Below, piece by piece: positions 42,235 through 52,446 of a stretch of 64,000 nt of DNA. The notes under the pieces are model-generated. The model saw only the letters and a program-made list of their open reading frames with translations. It had not been told where the DNA came from and did not search any database. The stretch comes from Naegleria gruberi (taxonomy: Eukaryota). The stretch lies in the NCBI GenBank assembly GCA_000004985.1, contig GG738845.1, one strand, 5' to 3'. The first letter of the stretch is position 1, and each line of letters begins with the position of its first letter. The position numbers were made by a program, and so were the translations under genes.

Positions 42235-44130
42235 ATGTTCCACCAAAGAATGTTTTTTTCTCTAACAATATATTGTAAAGATATGTTTATTGGTATTTTT
42301 ATTGCCTTAGAGAGCAAATCCAACAAGATTTACCAACACAATTTAATCTTGATTTCAAGAGAGAATGAGATGATTCATGCACCCTTGCTGCTAATAATAA
42401 AAAATTATTTAGAAAAAATGAAATTAACACAAATCAACTATCAAGAGGACGAAATAACAAAGGATTATTTGATTGGAGATTCTTGTCTAATCAATAATTT
42501 CGAATTAAAAGATACTAGGAATGATGAAATGAAGAGTTTAGAATTTATTTCCGATAACAATTCATCAATTTGTTTGTATGGTTTCCTTCAAAAACATCCA
42601 AGAAATACAACAAATTCTTTCTTCGTTAAGATTTTACATTTAAAACAGTGGAATTTTAGTGAAAGTGGAGATATTATTGTACAATCATCAAGATATTGGT
42701 ACAAATTATTGAATCCATCCCCTGAATATGCTCCAACATTTGATTTGTTCGAGCAAAGACATAATCTATGGAGAGAATTAAAACCTATTTTGATGAGTTG
42801 GACGAGCGATTTATCTAGATGTGAGGAAGAAGATGAATTGAGCATGATTAAAAACAACATTACTATTGAAAAAGTTTTGCAAAAATTACCGAACACAAAT
42901 GAAGATTATCTATTAGACCATGCCCAATTTTTATATGATCAAATACTTCAAGATACCTCATCCTTTTCCATTCATGGATCTGATGTGAATCAAATGATGA
43001 ACACTCCATTACTATTCTCATTAAAAGAGAACCGATTCAAAAAGAAAGAAAATCAAATGATCAAAATTACAAAAGAAACTGCCTTGATGGATGGTATAGA
43101 GCTATCAGATTCTGACTCATATGACGAAAAGGATTTTGGTACCACATCTGAAGATGAAAGTGAGGATACTAATAGTGAGCCCACACAAAGTAAATCAAAA
43201 AGAAGAAAATATAAAAAGAGAGAAACTCCTAATAAGAAGAAAAAAACCAATCATGAAGAAAAGGGTAAAAGACAAAAGAAGGCTATGAAACAAGTATACA
43301 CAACAGCACACAAAATGGAAGAAGGAATACCTTCACGAAATTATTTTTTAGAAAAAGAATTTTCACCTCAACTCCTTTCTGAGTTGAGTGTGAAATATGA
43401 ACCTGGAATATGTCATTCTGGTAAGTTGATTGATTTTACATTCCTTAATAACTTGAATTTCTAAGTATGCTTCCAATGCAAAAAGAGAAGAATAGCTTGC
43501 TATAAAGAAAGGCCTGCATGTTCCAATTGTCTGAAAGAAGGTCTTCAATGTACATACCCAGAACTTATGAGGCTTTCACGTATGTTTCTTATTTTGTAAT
43601 TAAATATTTAATATATTTACCTCCCAATAATAGCATGTGTTCCATGTGGAGAACGCGGTGGTAAAGTATGCAATAGAGAAAAACCAACCTGTGATATCTG
43701 TATAGAACGTAAGTATGATATTTTAATTTGGCATTTTAACATTTTGATATCAGGAAAAACCAATTGTTACTATTTTAGCTCTGATACTTTTCTCATTCTT
43801 GCAGAAAAGAATATTAATTCAGCAAAGGAACAAAACGAAGAAACCATTGAAAAGAAAACTAATATCACCACATGGAACGATGAAGCTTATTCTGAAATTT
43901 TAAAGGAAATGAATGAAAAGATTAACAAATATTCCAATGTTAAAGAAACAGAAATCTCAAAAATCCTTGAAAAAACAACCACTCAACAAAAGGTAACAAC
44001 AATGGAAGATCTTGAAGATTTGGAAGAACAAGTGGTAAGATGGAAAGCAAAAGCTGAAAAGGAAAAGAAAAAAAGGATTGGAATCAAAGAAAAATTAGAA
44101 CAATATATTGAAAAACTTGATGAACAATAG
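42235..44130 (+). CDS. Fungal-type Zn(II)2Cys6 binuclear-cluster protein with two tandem Cys6 motifs near the C-terminus. Four exons (about 42235..43420, 43466..43579, 43634..43707, 43754..44130). An apparent 1-nt frameshift falls inside exon 3, so this is either a sequencing error or a pseudogene
   Basis: In frame after the track stop at 43462-43464: CFQCKKRRIACYKERPACSNCLKEGLQC (C-X2-C-X6-C-X6-C-X2-C-X6-C). A GTAAGT donor at about 43421 removes the stop. After a 54-nt GTATGT intron a second cluster reads CVPCGERGGKVCNRE, then a frame change in an A4 run, then PTCDICIER...C. The last exon is track ORF 43744..44130, which starts at TTG. Confidence 0.5.
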
Positions 44131-44141
44131 TAAATGTTACT

Positions 44142-45581
44142 TTATTCAAATTTTAAAACTAGCTTTCTAATTTTACACAAATCTCTAACCTTAGGTGGGG
44201 CAATTACAGGTTCGTAATGTGTGTTATCAACACCAAAATTAAATAATTCTTCGCGGTGTTGATTCACATTATTTTTAATATTGCCCATTTCTATCTCTGT
44301 AAAAATTCTACTTGATCTATAGTCATCTTCATTTTTCATTCTAATATTTGGTACTATTGAGTTTCTTTGACCTACCAAATCATCCCTCAAGATGATATTC
44401 GATAAATTCTTCCATTCTTCTTCAAAATTTTCAAAATCATCACTTTTAGAACTTGTCCATTTTCCAGTGACAAATGACGGAATAATTGGACCATATATTG
44501 TGTGGTCTTTTTCACCACCTCTTTTAACTTTTCTAGGGTGTAATGCTTTTGTTGTATAGTCAACATCCACAAAAGTCAATTTTGGTTTTTGTTGTTTTGA
44601 TGAATGTGAATTTTCATTAGCCTTATCTGAGTATGTATAAATGTTATTTTCGTTTTCATCGAGAGATTTATCACTAGAATCATCAGAAAAATCGATTTCT
44701 TCAACATCATTATCACTTTCATTTGCTCTTAATTGGGAGATAATGTTGATATCTACATCAAATTGTTCGTCATCATCTTTATCTGCAAACCGTTCTCTAG
44801 TCTCCTCGTTAACATATGTTTTTGAGGATGTGTTCTCCTGTTGTTGGGATAGAGTTTGACATTCTGCTGATTTCCAAAGATTTATCGCCCTTCTGGACAA
44901 GACATTAGTGACTGGTAACCTTGCTTGTGTGACAGTTACTTTTTCTTCAATTACTTCAGTAGCTCCAAACCAAAATCCTAATCCAATTAATAGTATTGAT
45001 ATGAGAATAATTACTGATATAAATCCTATAGAATAAAGAGTAAAATGAGAAATTATAAATCCACACGATATGCCAAACAATGTGCAAACAGATGTTATGG
45101 AAAGGTTAAATATTTTGTTAGGGTGAATTGACCGTTTTGTTGAAGTTGATTTTTGTTGAATCATTTCCTCATCCTCAAATTGGCTCAAGTTTTGGTAGTC
45201 TTGTAAGATTTTATCAACATCTATTACTGATTGAGGTAATTCTTGATCATTATTCTGTTCTGTGAAAGTGTCATCAGGTTTGTTTTGTTCCTTTTCATCA
45301 TCACTACTTTCAAAAAATTCCATGTCATCCGACGAATTTTCAGAATTATTAAAGTTTTTAATTTCCTGTAAGGAAGTAAACTGTGTTTTTTGATTTTTTT
45401 CTTCCAATTTTCTCCTTTGCTCAGATATAATATCATCATACTTATTGTCTATGCTAGTAGTCTCTATTTCTTGGTCACTTTCATCCCCTTCACTGTTGGC
45501 GAAAAATTCTTCTTCATCTATATTATCATCCTCTTGTGTTTCTTGAAGGGAATTTGAAGACATTTTTTTATCTGTTTTCAA
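44142..45581 (-). CDS. Acidic protein with one central TM segment, hypothetical
   Basis: 479-aa ORF with an ATG start. It has Asp/Glu/Ser-rich flanks and a central hydrophobic block, ITSVCTLFGISCGFIISHFTLYSIGFISVIILISILLIGLGFWF. Confidence 0.4.
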   Translation of the reverse strand: MKTDKKMSSNSLQETQEDDNIDEEEFFANSEGDESDQEIETTSIDNKYDDIISEQRRKLEEKNQKTQFTSLQEIKNFNNSENSSDDMEFFESSDDEKEQNKPDDTFTEQNNDQELPQSVIDVDKILQDYQNLSQFEDEEMIQQKSTSTKRSIHPNKIFNLSITSVCTLFGISCGFIISHFTLYSIGFISVIILISILLIGLGFWFGATEVIEEKVTVTQARLPVTNVLSRRAINLWKSAECQTLSQQQENTSSKTYVNEETRERFADKDDDEQFDVDINIISQLRANESDNDVEEIDFSDDSSDKSLDENENNIYTYSDKANENSHSSKQQKPKLTFVDVDYTTKALHPRKVKRGGEKDHTIYGPIIPSFVTGKWTSSKSDDFENFEEEWKNLSNIILRDDLVGQRNSIVPNIRMKNEDDYRSSRIFTEIEMGNIKNNVNQHREELFNFGVDNTHYEPVIAPPKVRDLCKIRKLVLKFE

Positions 45582-45667
45582 TAATAATAATTCTTTGTAT
45601 GCTAAATAATAACATAAAAATTAATTATTTTTTAATAATTTATAATTTTATTCTAGTGATAATGGAT

Positions 45668-46510
45668 TTATCTTCTTTCTCTTCTTTCTCTCTTTGGATA
45701 TTCCTTCTTAACCTTCTTTTCAGAAAGGAACTTTGAGTGTTCAGCGAATGGAGAAACGAGTTGAGGATTGACGGTCCACAAATCTGGAGTCTTGAAGTTG
45801 TAAGTCTTCTTGATGGCAGCGAAAGTAGCAGAAACAAAGTTAGCAAGAGTCTTGGTGTTACCAACAGATGAAGTGAAAACATCAGAATAACCACCCAATG
45901 ACAAGAGCTTCTTTGGAACAGGGGAAGCAACCAAACCAGAACCACGAGGAGCAGGAACCAATCTGACTCTGACGGAACCGCACTTACCAGTCAATTTACA
46001 TGGAACAGTGTGTGGTTCACCGATCTTGTTACCCCAGTAACCCTTTCTGGTTGGAACAATGGACAACTTAGCCAAAATGATGGCACCTCTGATAGCAGTA
46101 GCAACTTCAGAAGCAACCTTGATACCCAAACCACAGTGTTGGACGGAGTCACCAACAACAACGACAGCCTTGAAACGAGTTCTTTGACCAGCAGTAGTTT
46201 GCTTTTGGACTGGAGAAATTCTCATGACTTCATCAGACAACTTTGAACCCAAGAAGTGATCAATGATTTGGTGTTCCTTGACTGGGATAGAGTGGACAAA
46301 GATGTCTCTAATATCCTTGACCTTACCTTCCTTGACCAATCTACCGAGCTTGGTGGTTGGGACCCATGAGCCGCTTTCGTCCTTTCTTGGACCTCTCTTT
46401 GGACCTCTCTTTCTTCTATCACCACCCTTTTGACCGAAGGTGTTTCTTCCTCTTCTTTCGCCAGCTTCTTGCTTTTGAACGTCAGTTGTTTGTTGCTTGT
46501 TATCGCTCAT
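45668..46510 (-). CDS. RPS2: 40S ribosomal protein S2 (uS5)
   Basis: ...[29 protein letters not shown]..., [27 protein letters not shown] and [36 protein letters not shown] are near-identical to eukaryotic RPS2. The gene has no intron. Its codon usage is strongly biased (AGA, GGT, TTG, AAG, GCT, GTC/GTT) and it is locally GC-richer than its neighbours. Confidence 0.95.
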   Translation of the reverse strand: MSDNKQQTTDVQKQEAGERRGRNTFGQKGGDRRKRGPKRGPRKDESGSWVPTTKLGRLVKEGKVKDIRDIFVHSIPVKEHQIIDHFLGSKLSDEVMRISPVQKQTTAGQRTRFKAVVVVGDSVQHCGLGIKVASEVATAIRGAIILAKLSIVPTRKGYWGNKIGEPHTVPCKLTGKCGSVRVRLVPAPRGSGLVASPVPKKLLSLGGYSDVFTSSVGNTKTLANFVSATFAAIKKTYNFKTPDLWTVNPQLVSPFAEHSKFLSEKKVKKEYPKRERRERR

Positions 46511-46850
46511 GTTGACTTTTTTTTTCGAACAAATTTTTAAAGTTGAGTCGTTCTTTTTCGCTTTTTACAATAATTTTTTTTATTCCAACAACAAACCTCG
46601 GTAAACAATTTGAACTTGCCGCCTTCAACAGAACAATTTTAATGAAAAACCAATCTTGTATTCTTATAATTAATAGGAAGATAAACATTATTCCTTTCTC
46701 TTTTCTGTTTTAAAAAGATTCATGATGACTCTACTACTTTTCATCGTAGCCATAACTAATAAAAATTTCATCTTTCAATCTCTACTGACATTTTATTAAA
46801 AAAAAGACTTTTGCACCTACCTGCCATCCTTCATCAGTGTACATTCAAAT

Positions 46851-47635
46851 ATGGCACCACAAAAACAAAGTTTGGATCATGTTCATGAAAAGATTGTTGT
46901 TCTCGGTTCTGGAGGTGTTGGTACGTACACAAATTTATTGTCACAATAATCCCACCAATTTGAAAAGGAAAATCTGCTGTCATTTTGCAGTTTATTCAAT
47001 CGGTTTTTGTGGAAGTTTATGATCCAACATTGGAGGATTCATACAAGAAGGAGATTATTATAGATTCCACTCCTGTTACTTTAGAAATTATTGATACAGC
47101 CGGACAAGGTAGGTTTAATTTTGAAAAAGAATAACTTATTATTATTATTTTGAATTTAAATAGAGGAGTTGACAAGGTAAGAGATTTTTATGGTGGAAAT
47201 ATTTACATACATTTCATCAGTTTACGTGATAATTATGTTAAAAATGGGGATGGATTTCTTCTTGTTTATTCAATAACTTCGAGTCAATCTTTTGAGGAAA
47301 TTGAAGATTTGATTGAACAAATTATGAGAGCTAAGAATATTGATTCTGAAAACCCAACAGAATTATCAAAAAATTTATCTGCTGTCATTATTGGAAATAA
47401 AGCAGATTTACAAAATGAGAGAGCAGTATCTAATCAATCATTACAAAAACTAGGAGAAAGATTCAAAGGTAAAATTCCAATATTTGAAACATCAGCAAAG
47501 GAGAAAATTAACATTGAGGAGTCTTTCATGGCATTGGCAAGACAAATTTTTGATAAAAAGACAGGTAAACAGCCTGCCAAAAAAGAAGGTGGAACATCTT
47601 CAAATAGCTCAGAATCGTGTTGTATTCTTTTATAA
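46851..47635 (+). CDS. Ras-family small GTPase (Ras/Rap-like) with a C-terminal prenylation motif (-CCILL). Four exons: 46851..46920, 46968..47108, 47164..47176 (a 13-nt micro-exon) and 47221..47635
   Basis: The spliced product reads MAPQKQSLDHVHEKIVVLGSGGV|GKSAVILQFIQSVFVEVYDPTLEDSYKKEIIIDSTPVTLEIIDTAGQ|EELT|SLRDNYVKNGDGFLLVYSITS...IGNKADL...ETSAKE. The G1, switch I, G3, G4 and G5 motifs are intact only with this splicing. Introns are 47, 55 and 44 nt with GTACGT, GTAGGT and GTAAGA donors. Confidence 0.8.
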
Positions 47636-47778
47636 ATAATTTTATTACCATACTTTAATTTTAAACTACGTTGCATGAGGAAATGCCTTATTGTTAGTAT
47701 TGATATTCATGTTGCTTTTTTCTTCAATTATGGAAATTTTCAAAATCGCAATTAATTGCGTTTGTATTATTTTAAAAA

Positions 47779-48528
47779 ATGATTAAACGTGTTTCATCAT
47801 CTGCTTTAAAAACTAAATTACCTTCTCTCAACCTCTTGTTAGAAAAGTGTTATCAGACAAAATCCTTTTCCACTGAAGTAAATAGTGATGGAGTAGATAA
47901 AAGTGGATTAATTTGGAGAGAACCGGAAGAACTTGAAGATGAAATGAATATCAAAGGAATGATAAGAGTAGATCATGCAGGTGAATTAGGAGCAGTGACC
48001 ATTTGCAAATCTCATAAAATTGTACTAGGAGAGGATCCGATTGTTAATGAAATTTTGAGTCAAGAGGTTGATCATTTTGCAACTTTTGACAAAATGATAT
48101 TGGAACGAAGAGTAAGGCCAACCATTTTCAGGTCATTATGGCAACCTGCTGGTGTCATGTTAGGTGTTGGTACTGCCATGATGGGTAGAAATTATGCTAT
48201 GGCTTGTCATGAAGCAATTGAAAATACTATTTTCGATCACTACAATGAACAATTAAGAGATATTTATGACATGTCTATTAAGAAGACAGAGGAAAAGAAA
48301 GAATCAGACTCGGAAACTGATTACTATTTCAAATCAGATCATCAAAGACAGGAAATTCAAGAAAAAGATCTCAGAGATATAATTAAACAATACAGAGATG
48401 AAGAATTACATCATCATGATATTGCAAGAGATGCCAATACTGAAAAGGAAAATTTACTTTACAAATTAACTTATGGATTTGTATCAACAGGATGTTCTAT
48501 TGTTATTGCTCTTACCAAGAGACTTTAA
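47779..48528 (+). CDS. COQ7: 5-demethoxyubiquinone hydroxylase COQ7 (Clk-1/Cat5), mitochondrial
   Basis: IRVDHAGELGAVTICKSHKIVLG...LSQEVDHF...RVRPTIFRSLWQPAGVMLGVGTAMMGRNYAMACHEAIENTIFDHYNEQLR...YRDEELHHHDIA includes the di-iron carboxylate motifs. The N-terminus is presequence-like. Confidence 0.85.
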   Translation: MIKRVSSSALKTKLPSLNLLLEKCYQTKSFSTEVNSDGVDKSGLIWREPEELEDEMNIKGMIRVDHAGELGAVTICKSHKIVLGEDPIVNEILSQEVDHFATFDKMILERRVRPTIFRSLWQPAGVMLGVGTAMMGRNYAMACHEAIENTIFDHYNEQLRDIYDMSIKKTEEKKESDSETDYYFKSDHQRQEIQEKDLRDIIKQYRDEELHHHDIARDANTEKENLLYKLTYGFVSTGCSIVIALTKRL

Positions 48529-48615
48529 CTCTAGTTAATAATGATTTTATCATTGTTCATTGGGTAATCAGGGACATTATTTCGAATAATTACTTGATTT
48601 TGAAAATCAATAAAA

Positions 48616-49545
48616 CTACACTTGTTGTGTGGGTACTTTTACAAATTTAAAAAAACAATCGCTGTTTGACCCTATGGTATTTTCACTTCCAAACCAATAC
48701 TCAAATCTCTTTTGTTTCATAATTTGTTTGATTTTGCAATGTGTTGTTTCCTCTTTCCTACTAATCTTGAAAATTTTACTCTTTTTAACTCTAACCTTCT
48801 CCCAACATATAAATTCTGATGGTGATCCATACTTGGAAGAAATGATTAACTTCATATTTTCAAGCAAACTAAAAGGAAAATTATTTGAAACATCACTTGC
48901 AGTAATTGTGACATTCAATTCTGGACAGGTGAGCATTGGAGGTTCCTTTACTTCATTCCTTTTGTCATTGAATTGGATAAGAAAGGCATTGATAGACTTA
49001 TCTTCTCCAACCATAAATGATGCTTGAATGATAGTCTCTCCTCTATTTACATCCAAATCATACATCATTGTATCCATGATACCAATATTTGTATTAGGCC
49101 CATTAATCGATGAATGAAAAGTTCTAAAAGCATTAATTCCAAATATTTGGATCAATTCTGAAAATGTACTAGAATCACAGAGAGCCAATTTGGAAAATGG
49201 ATCGAATATTATTGTTTCTCGATTGCCATCATCTTGCTTTTGTAATTGAATATATTGAATATATGTTAATGATTGAAAATATTCTTGTAATTTGGAAAAT
49301 ATTTGACCGTCAGGACTATAAAAATTACTCTTAATGATTGATTGTATTGGTGTAATACTCTTTTCCACATCCAGAATATGAGATATATGAATCCATATTG
49401 GATTTTCCTTGACCAATTCTCGTATTTCCTTATTGATATTGAATAAAACAGAAATAAAATCAATCTTATCCACTGCAAATTCCAAAACAGTTAAAATAAT
49501 TTCTTTTGGTAAATCCGTGAACTTTTGCTTGGTTGGTAGCAACAT
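48616..49545 (-). CDS. Hypothetical protein with an F-box-like N-terminus (LPKEIILTVLEF)
   Basis: 309-aa ORF. No other recognisable domain. Confidence 0.35.
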   Translation of the reverse strand: MLLPTKQKFTDLPKEIILTVLEFAVDKIDFISVLFNINKEIRELVKENPIWIHISHILDVEKSITPIQSIIKSNFYSPDGQIFSKLQEYFQSLTYIQYIQLQKQDDGNRETIIFDPFSKLALCDSSTFSELIQIFGINAFRTFHSSINGPNTNIGIMDTMMYDLDVNRGETIIQASFMVGEDKSINAFLIQFNDKRNEVKEPPMLTCPELNVTITASDVSNNFPFSLLENMKLIISSKYGSPSEFICWEKVRVKKSKIFKISRKEETTHCKIKQIMKQKRFEYWFGSENTIGSNSDCFFKFVKVPTQQV

Positions 49546-49663
49546 GTTAACAATAGCTTGATTTGATGCGATGGTAGTGTGGATGTTTTTTTAATTTTTT
49601 GAATTTAAAAATAGGATTCTGTATTACAATAAAATTCTAATAATAAAAATTGCTTGACAAAAT

Positions 49664-51385
49664 ATGACGGAACAATGCAACACAACAAACCAAAATTTGA
49701 ACATCACTATGGAAGATATCCAATTAACTACAACCCCTCCTTCGAAGCTACAAACAATAGATAGGAGAAAAAACTTTGTTAATAGAAATGATCTGGTGAG
49801 ATTGATTGTGCAAGCATTGTATACTTTGGATTATAAAGAAAGTGCAGATTTGTTGGAAAAAGAGTCTGGCATTGATTACCTTTCAAAAGATATTTTACAG
49901 TTAAAAAATTGTATTTTAAAAGGAGATTGGAATCAATCACTCAATATAATTGATCAAACACTAAACAACTCAAATTGTAAGAATATTAATGCCGTAAAGT
50001 ATTACATACTCGAGGAAAAATATATGGAACAACTTTGTGATAGAAATGCAGAAAAAGCATTGATTACTTTAAGAGAAGAGATTACTCCTCTTGTAGTATC
50101 AATTCCCACTCAAAACAATTATACTTCTACTGTTACTAACAATAGTACAATAACTGTACATAATTTACAACAATTAGCAAGTTATCTTGTTTGCACTAAT
50201 ATAGAAGATTTGAAAAATTTGTCTAAATGGAAAAGTATCGAAGGTGGATCAAGAAATGAACTTTTGGAACAAATTCAAAAATTGATTTCCCCTTCATTGA
50301 TTATTCCAGAAAACAAATTAGAACAACTATTATTAACTGCCGTAGAAAATCAAAAAAGAGATTCAATGAGTGATGAGGATATTGATGAAAATGATATGGA
50401 TGAGTCTGAAGATGGAGTTGTATTGTTGAGCAAAAAGTTTTCAATTAATGAAGAAACTTCCATTAGGAAAATTCCAAACAAGATACTACTTACTTTGGAG
50501 GATCACGGTGACGAAGTTTGGATATGTAAATTTTCTAATAATGGACAATTACTGGCAACTTCTAGTATTGACCATTGTATCAATATTTATTCTGTTGAAG
50601 AAGTGTTATCGATAGAAAAAACGAGCCCAAAATTCAAATTACTTTCCTCTGGAAATGTAGTATCACTTTGCTTTTCCCCGGATGATAAGGATTTGCTAGC
50701 TGCAACATGTGACGGAAACGTACACATCTGGAATATTGTTAGTGGTGAACAAAGGGCTTGTTTGAAAAATTTTTCAAATATTGTGGCAGCTTTTTGGAAT
50801 GAAAGTGGGAATCAATTTATTACTATTTCTTCTGAAAAAAGCTCACAAATATCTGTTTGGGAGAAAGATTCAGTTACCATTACAAAATCATTCAAAATTG
50901 ATACACGTATTCAGGATGCTTCTTTATTGAAAGATAATTTAATTATCGTGGCTACTCATGAAAGACAATTACTTTGTTACAATTTGGAGGAGAAAAAACT
51001 TGTAGAGAAAATGAGTGAGGATTATCTCATAACAAGTCTCTGTTCTAGTAAGACTGGAAGATTTGTATTGGTTTCTTTCTGTTCTGAAGATGAAGATGAA
51101 CCTGCTTTAATTCATTTATGGGATTTAAGGGAAAAGAAGATTATTTCAACATTTGAAGGTCTTTGGTCTTTAAAATATGTGATGAGACCAATTTTTATGG
51201 GAAGAGATTTGGTGAGTTGTGGAAGTGAAGATTGTAAAATTTATATTTGGAACAAATCTACTGGTGAGCTTATTGAGACTCTTACTGGTCATTCAGGAGT
51301 TGTAAACTCTGTCGATTACAATGTAAAGTTTGGACTGATAGCTTCTGCCAGTGACGATACAACAGTAAAGATTTGGCGTGATTAA
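49664..51385 (+). CDS. LisH-CTLH-WD40 protein (WDR26/Gid7-like)
   Basis: LisH-like RNDLVRLIVQALYTLDYKESADLLEKESGI, then a CTLH region, then at least 6 WD repeats (...LATSSIDHCINIYSV..., ...LAATCDGNVHIWNI..., ...IASASDDTTVKIWRD). Confidence 0.65.
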   Translation: MTEQCNTTNQNLNITMEDIQLTTTPPSKLQTIDRRKNFVNRNDLVRLIVQALYTLDYKESADLLEKESGIDYLSKDILQLKNCILKGDWNQSLNIIDQTLNNSNCKNINAVKYYILEEKYMEQLCDRNAEKALITLREEITPLVVSIPTQNNYTSTVTNNSTITVHNLQQLASYLVCTNIEDLKNLSKWKSIEGGSRNELLEQIQKLISPSLIIPENKLEQLLLTAVENQKRDSMSDEDIDENDMDESEDGVVLLSKKFSINEETSIRKIPNKILLTLEDHGDEVWICKFSNNGQLLATSSIDHCINIYSVEEVLSIEKTSPKFKLLSSGNVVSLCFSPDDKDLLAATCDGNVHIWNIVSGEQRACLKNFSNIVAAFWNESGNQFITISSEKSSQISVWEKDSVTITKSFKIDTRIQDASLLKDNLIIVATHERQLLCYNLEEKKLVEKMSEDYLITSLCSSKTGRFVLVSFCSEDEDEPALIHLWDLREKKIISTFEGLWSLKYVMRPIFMGRDLVSCGSEDCKIYIWNKSTGELIETLTGHSGVVNSVDYNVKFGLIASASDDTTVKIWRD

Positions 51386-51438
51386 AAATATTTTCAACAT
51401 AAAAAATCTATTACTTAGTTACACCTCGGAACGATACT

Positions 51439-52397
51439 ATGAACAATCAAGTTAATAATAAATCAAAGCCAAAGTACATGTATAAAATTATTTTTGTTGG
51501 AGATAGTACTTGTGGAAAGACGTATGTAATTTATGATCAAATAATAATTGATATTATTTTGGATTTTATTAAAGAGCATTTATTCAACAATATGTAAATA
51601 ATTACTTCTCCAAGACTTATAAATCAACTCTAGGTGTGGACTTCTCATATAAAGAGTATGACTATGATGAAAATACATGTTTTAATTTACAAGTAGGTTA
51701 ATATTTATGTAACTTATTAATTATTCCAAATCAAAGTTTTGGGTAAGTTTTGTATTTTCATATTATGTTTAATCGAATAATAGGATATTGCAGGACAGGA
51801 AAGGTTTGTTTTGGATATTATTAATTATTATAAAAATTGTTAAAGATTCGGAAGTAAGTACTTTCCCAATTGTTCCAATAATTAACAAAGATTAAAGCCA
51901 TGACAAGTGTTTTTTATAGAGATGCTGTTGTTGCTGTGATTATGTATGATGTGACAAATCCTGTGACATTTGATCATACTAAAGATTGGAAAATTGATAT
52001 TGATTCAAAAGTTTTTCTTCCACCACTCAATGAAAATGATTCTGATGATATTCCAATACCTTGTATTCTAGTTGGAAATAAGATTGATTTAAACAAACAT
52101 GAGAAGCTTAATTTCAAACCAAACGAATTGGATGAATATGTTAAAAAACATGGATTTGCTGGATGGGTTGAAACAAGTGCAAAAGATAGGACAAATATGG
52201 ATAAGGCTGTAAAAATGATAGTGGAACAGGTATTAAAATATCACGAGAAGGAAGTTCAAAGAGAAATTAGACCAGAAAATCCAATGGCAATCAATATCGA
52301 TAAGCTTGTTGGAGATATGCCAAAGAGTGACGATGGATTGAATTCTGAGGATGCCAAGAAAAAGAATTCGTCTTCAGGATCTTGTTGTTCTAAATAA
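51439..52397 (+). CDS. Rab32/38-like small GTPase. Six exons: 51439..51521, 51575..51692, 51737..51742 (6 nt), 51784..51803 (20 nt), 51846..51853 (8 nt) and 51898..52397
   Basis: Spliced: [98 protein letters not shown]...VGNKIDL...ETSAKD...GSCCSK. The reconstructed [13 protein letters not shown] matches Rab32 ([23 protein letters not shown]). Donors are GTATGT, GTAGGT, GTAAGT, GTTTGT and GTAAGT, and introns are 41-53 nt. The micro-exons are inferred from motif restoration. Confidence 0.7.
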
Positions 52398-52446
52398 TCA
52401 TTTATAAAACATATGGAAATTCCAAACTTGACATTCAAGTAAAAAA

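Noticed and set aside
43744-44130. Track ORF 43744..44130 as a stand-alone 128-aa gene
   Set aside because: It begins at TTG and is in frame with the upstream Zn2Cys6 exons via a 45-nt GTAAGT intron. It is treated as the last exon of that gene.
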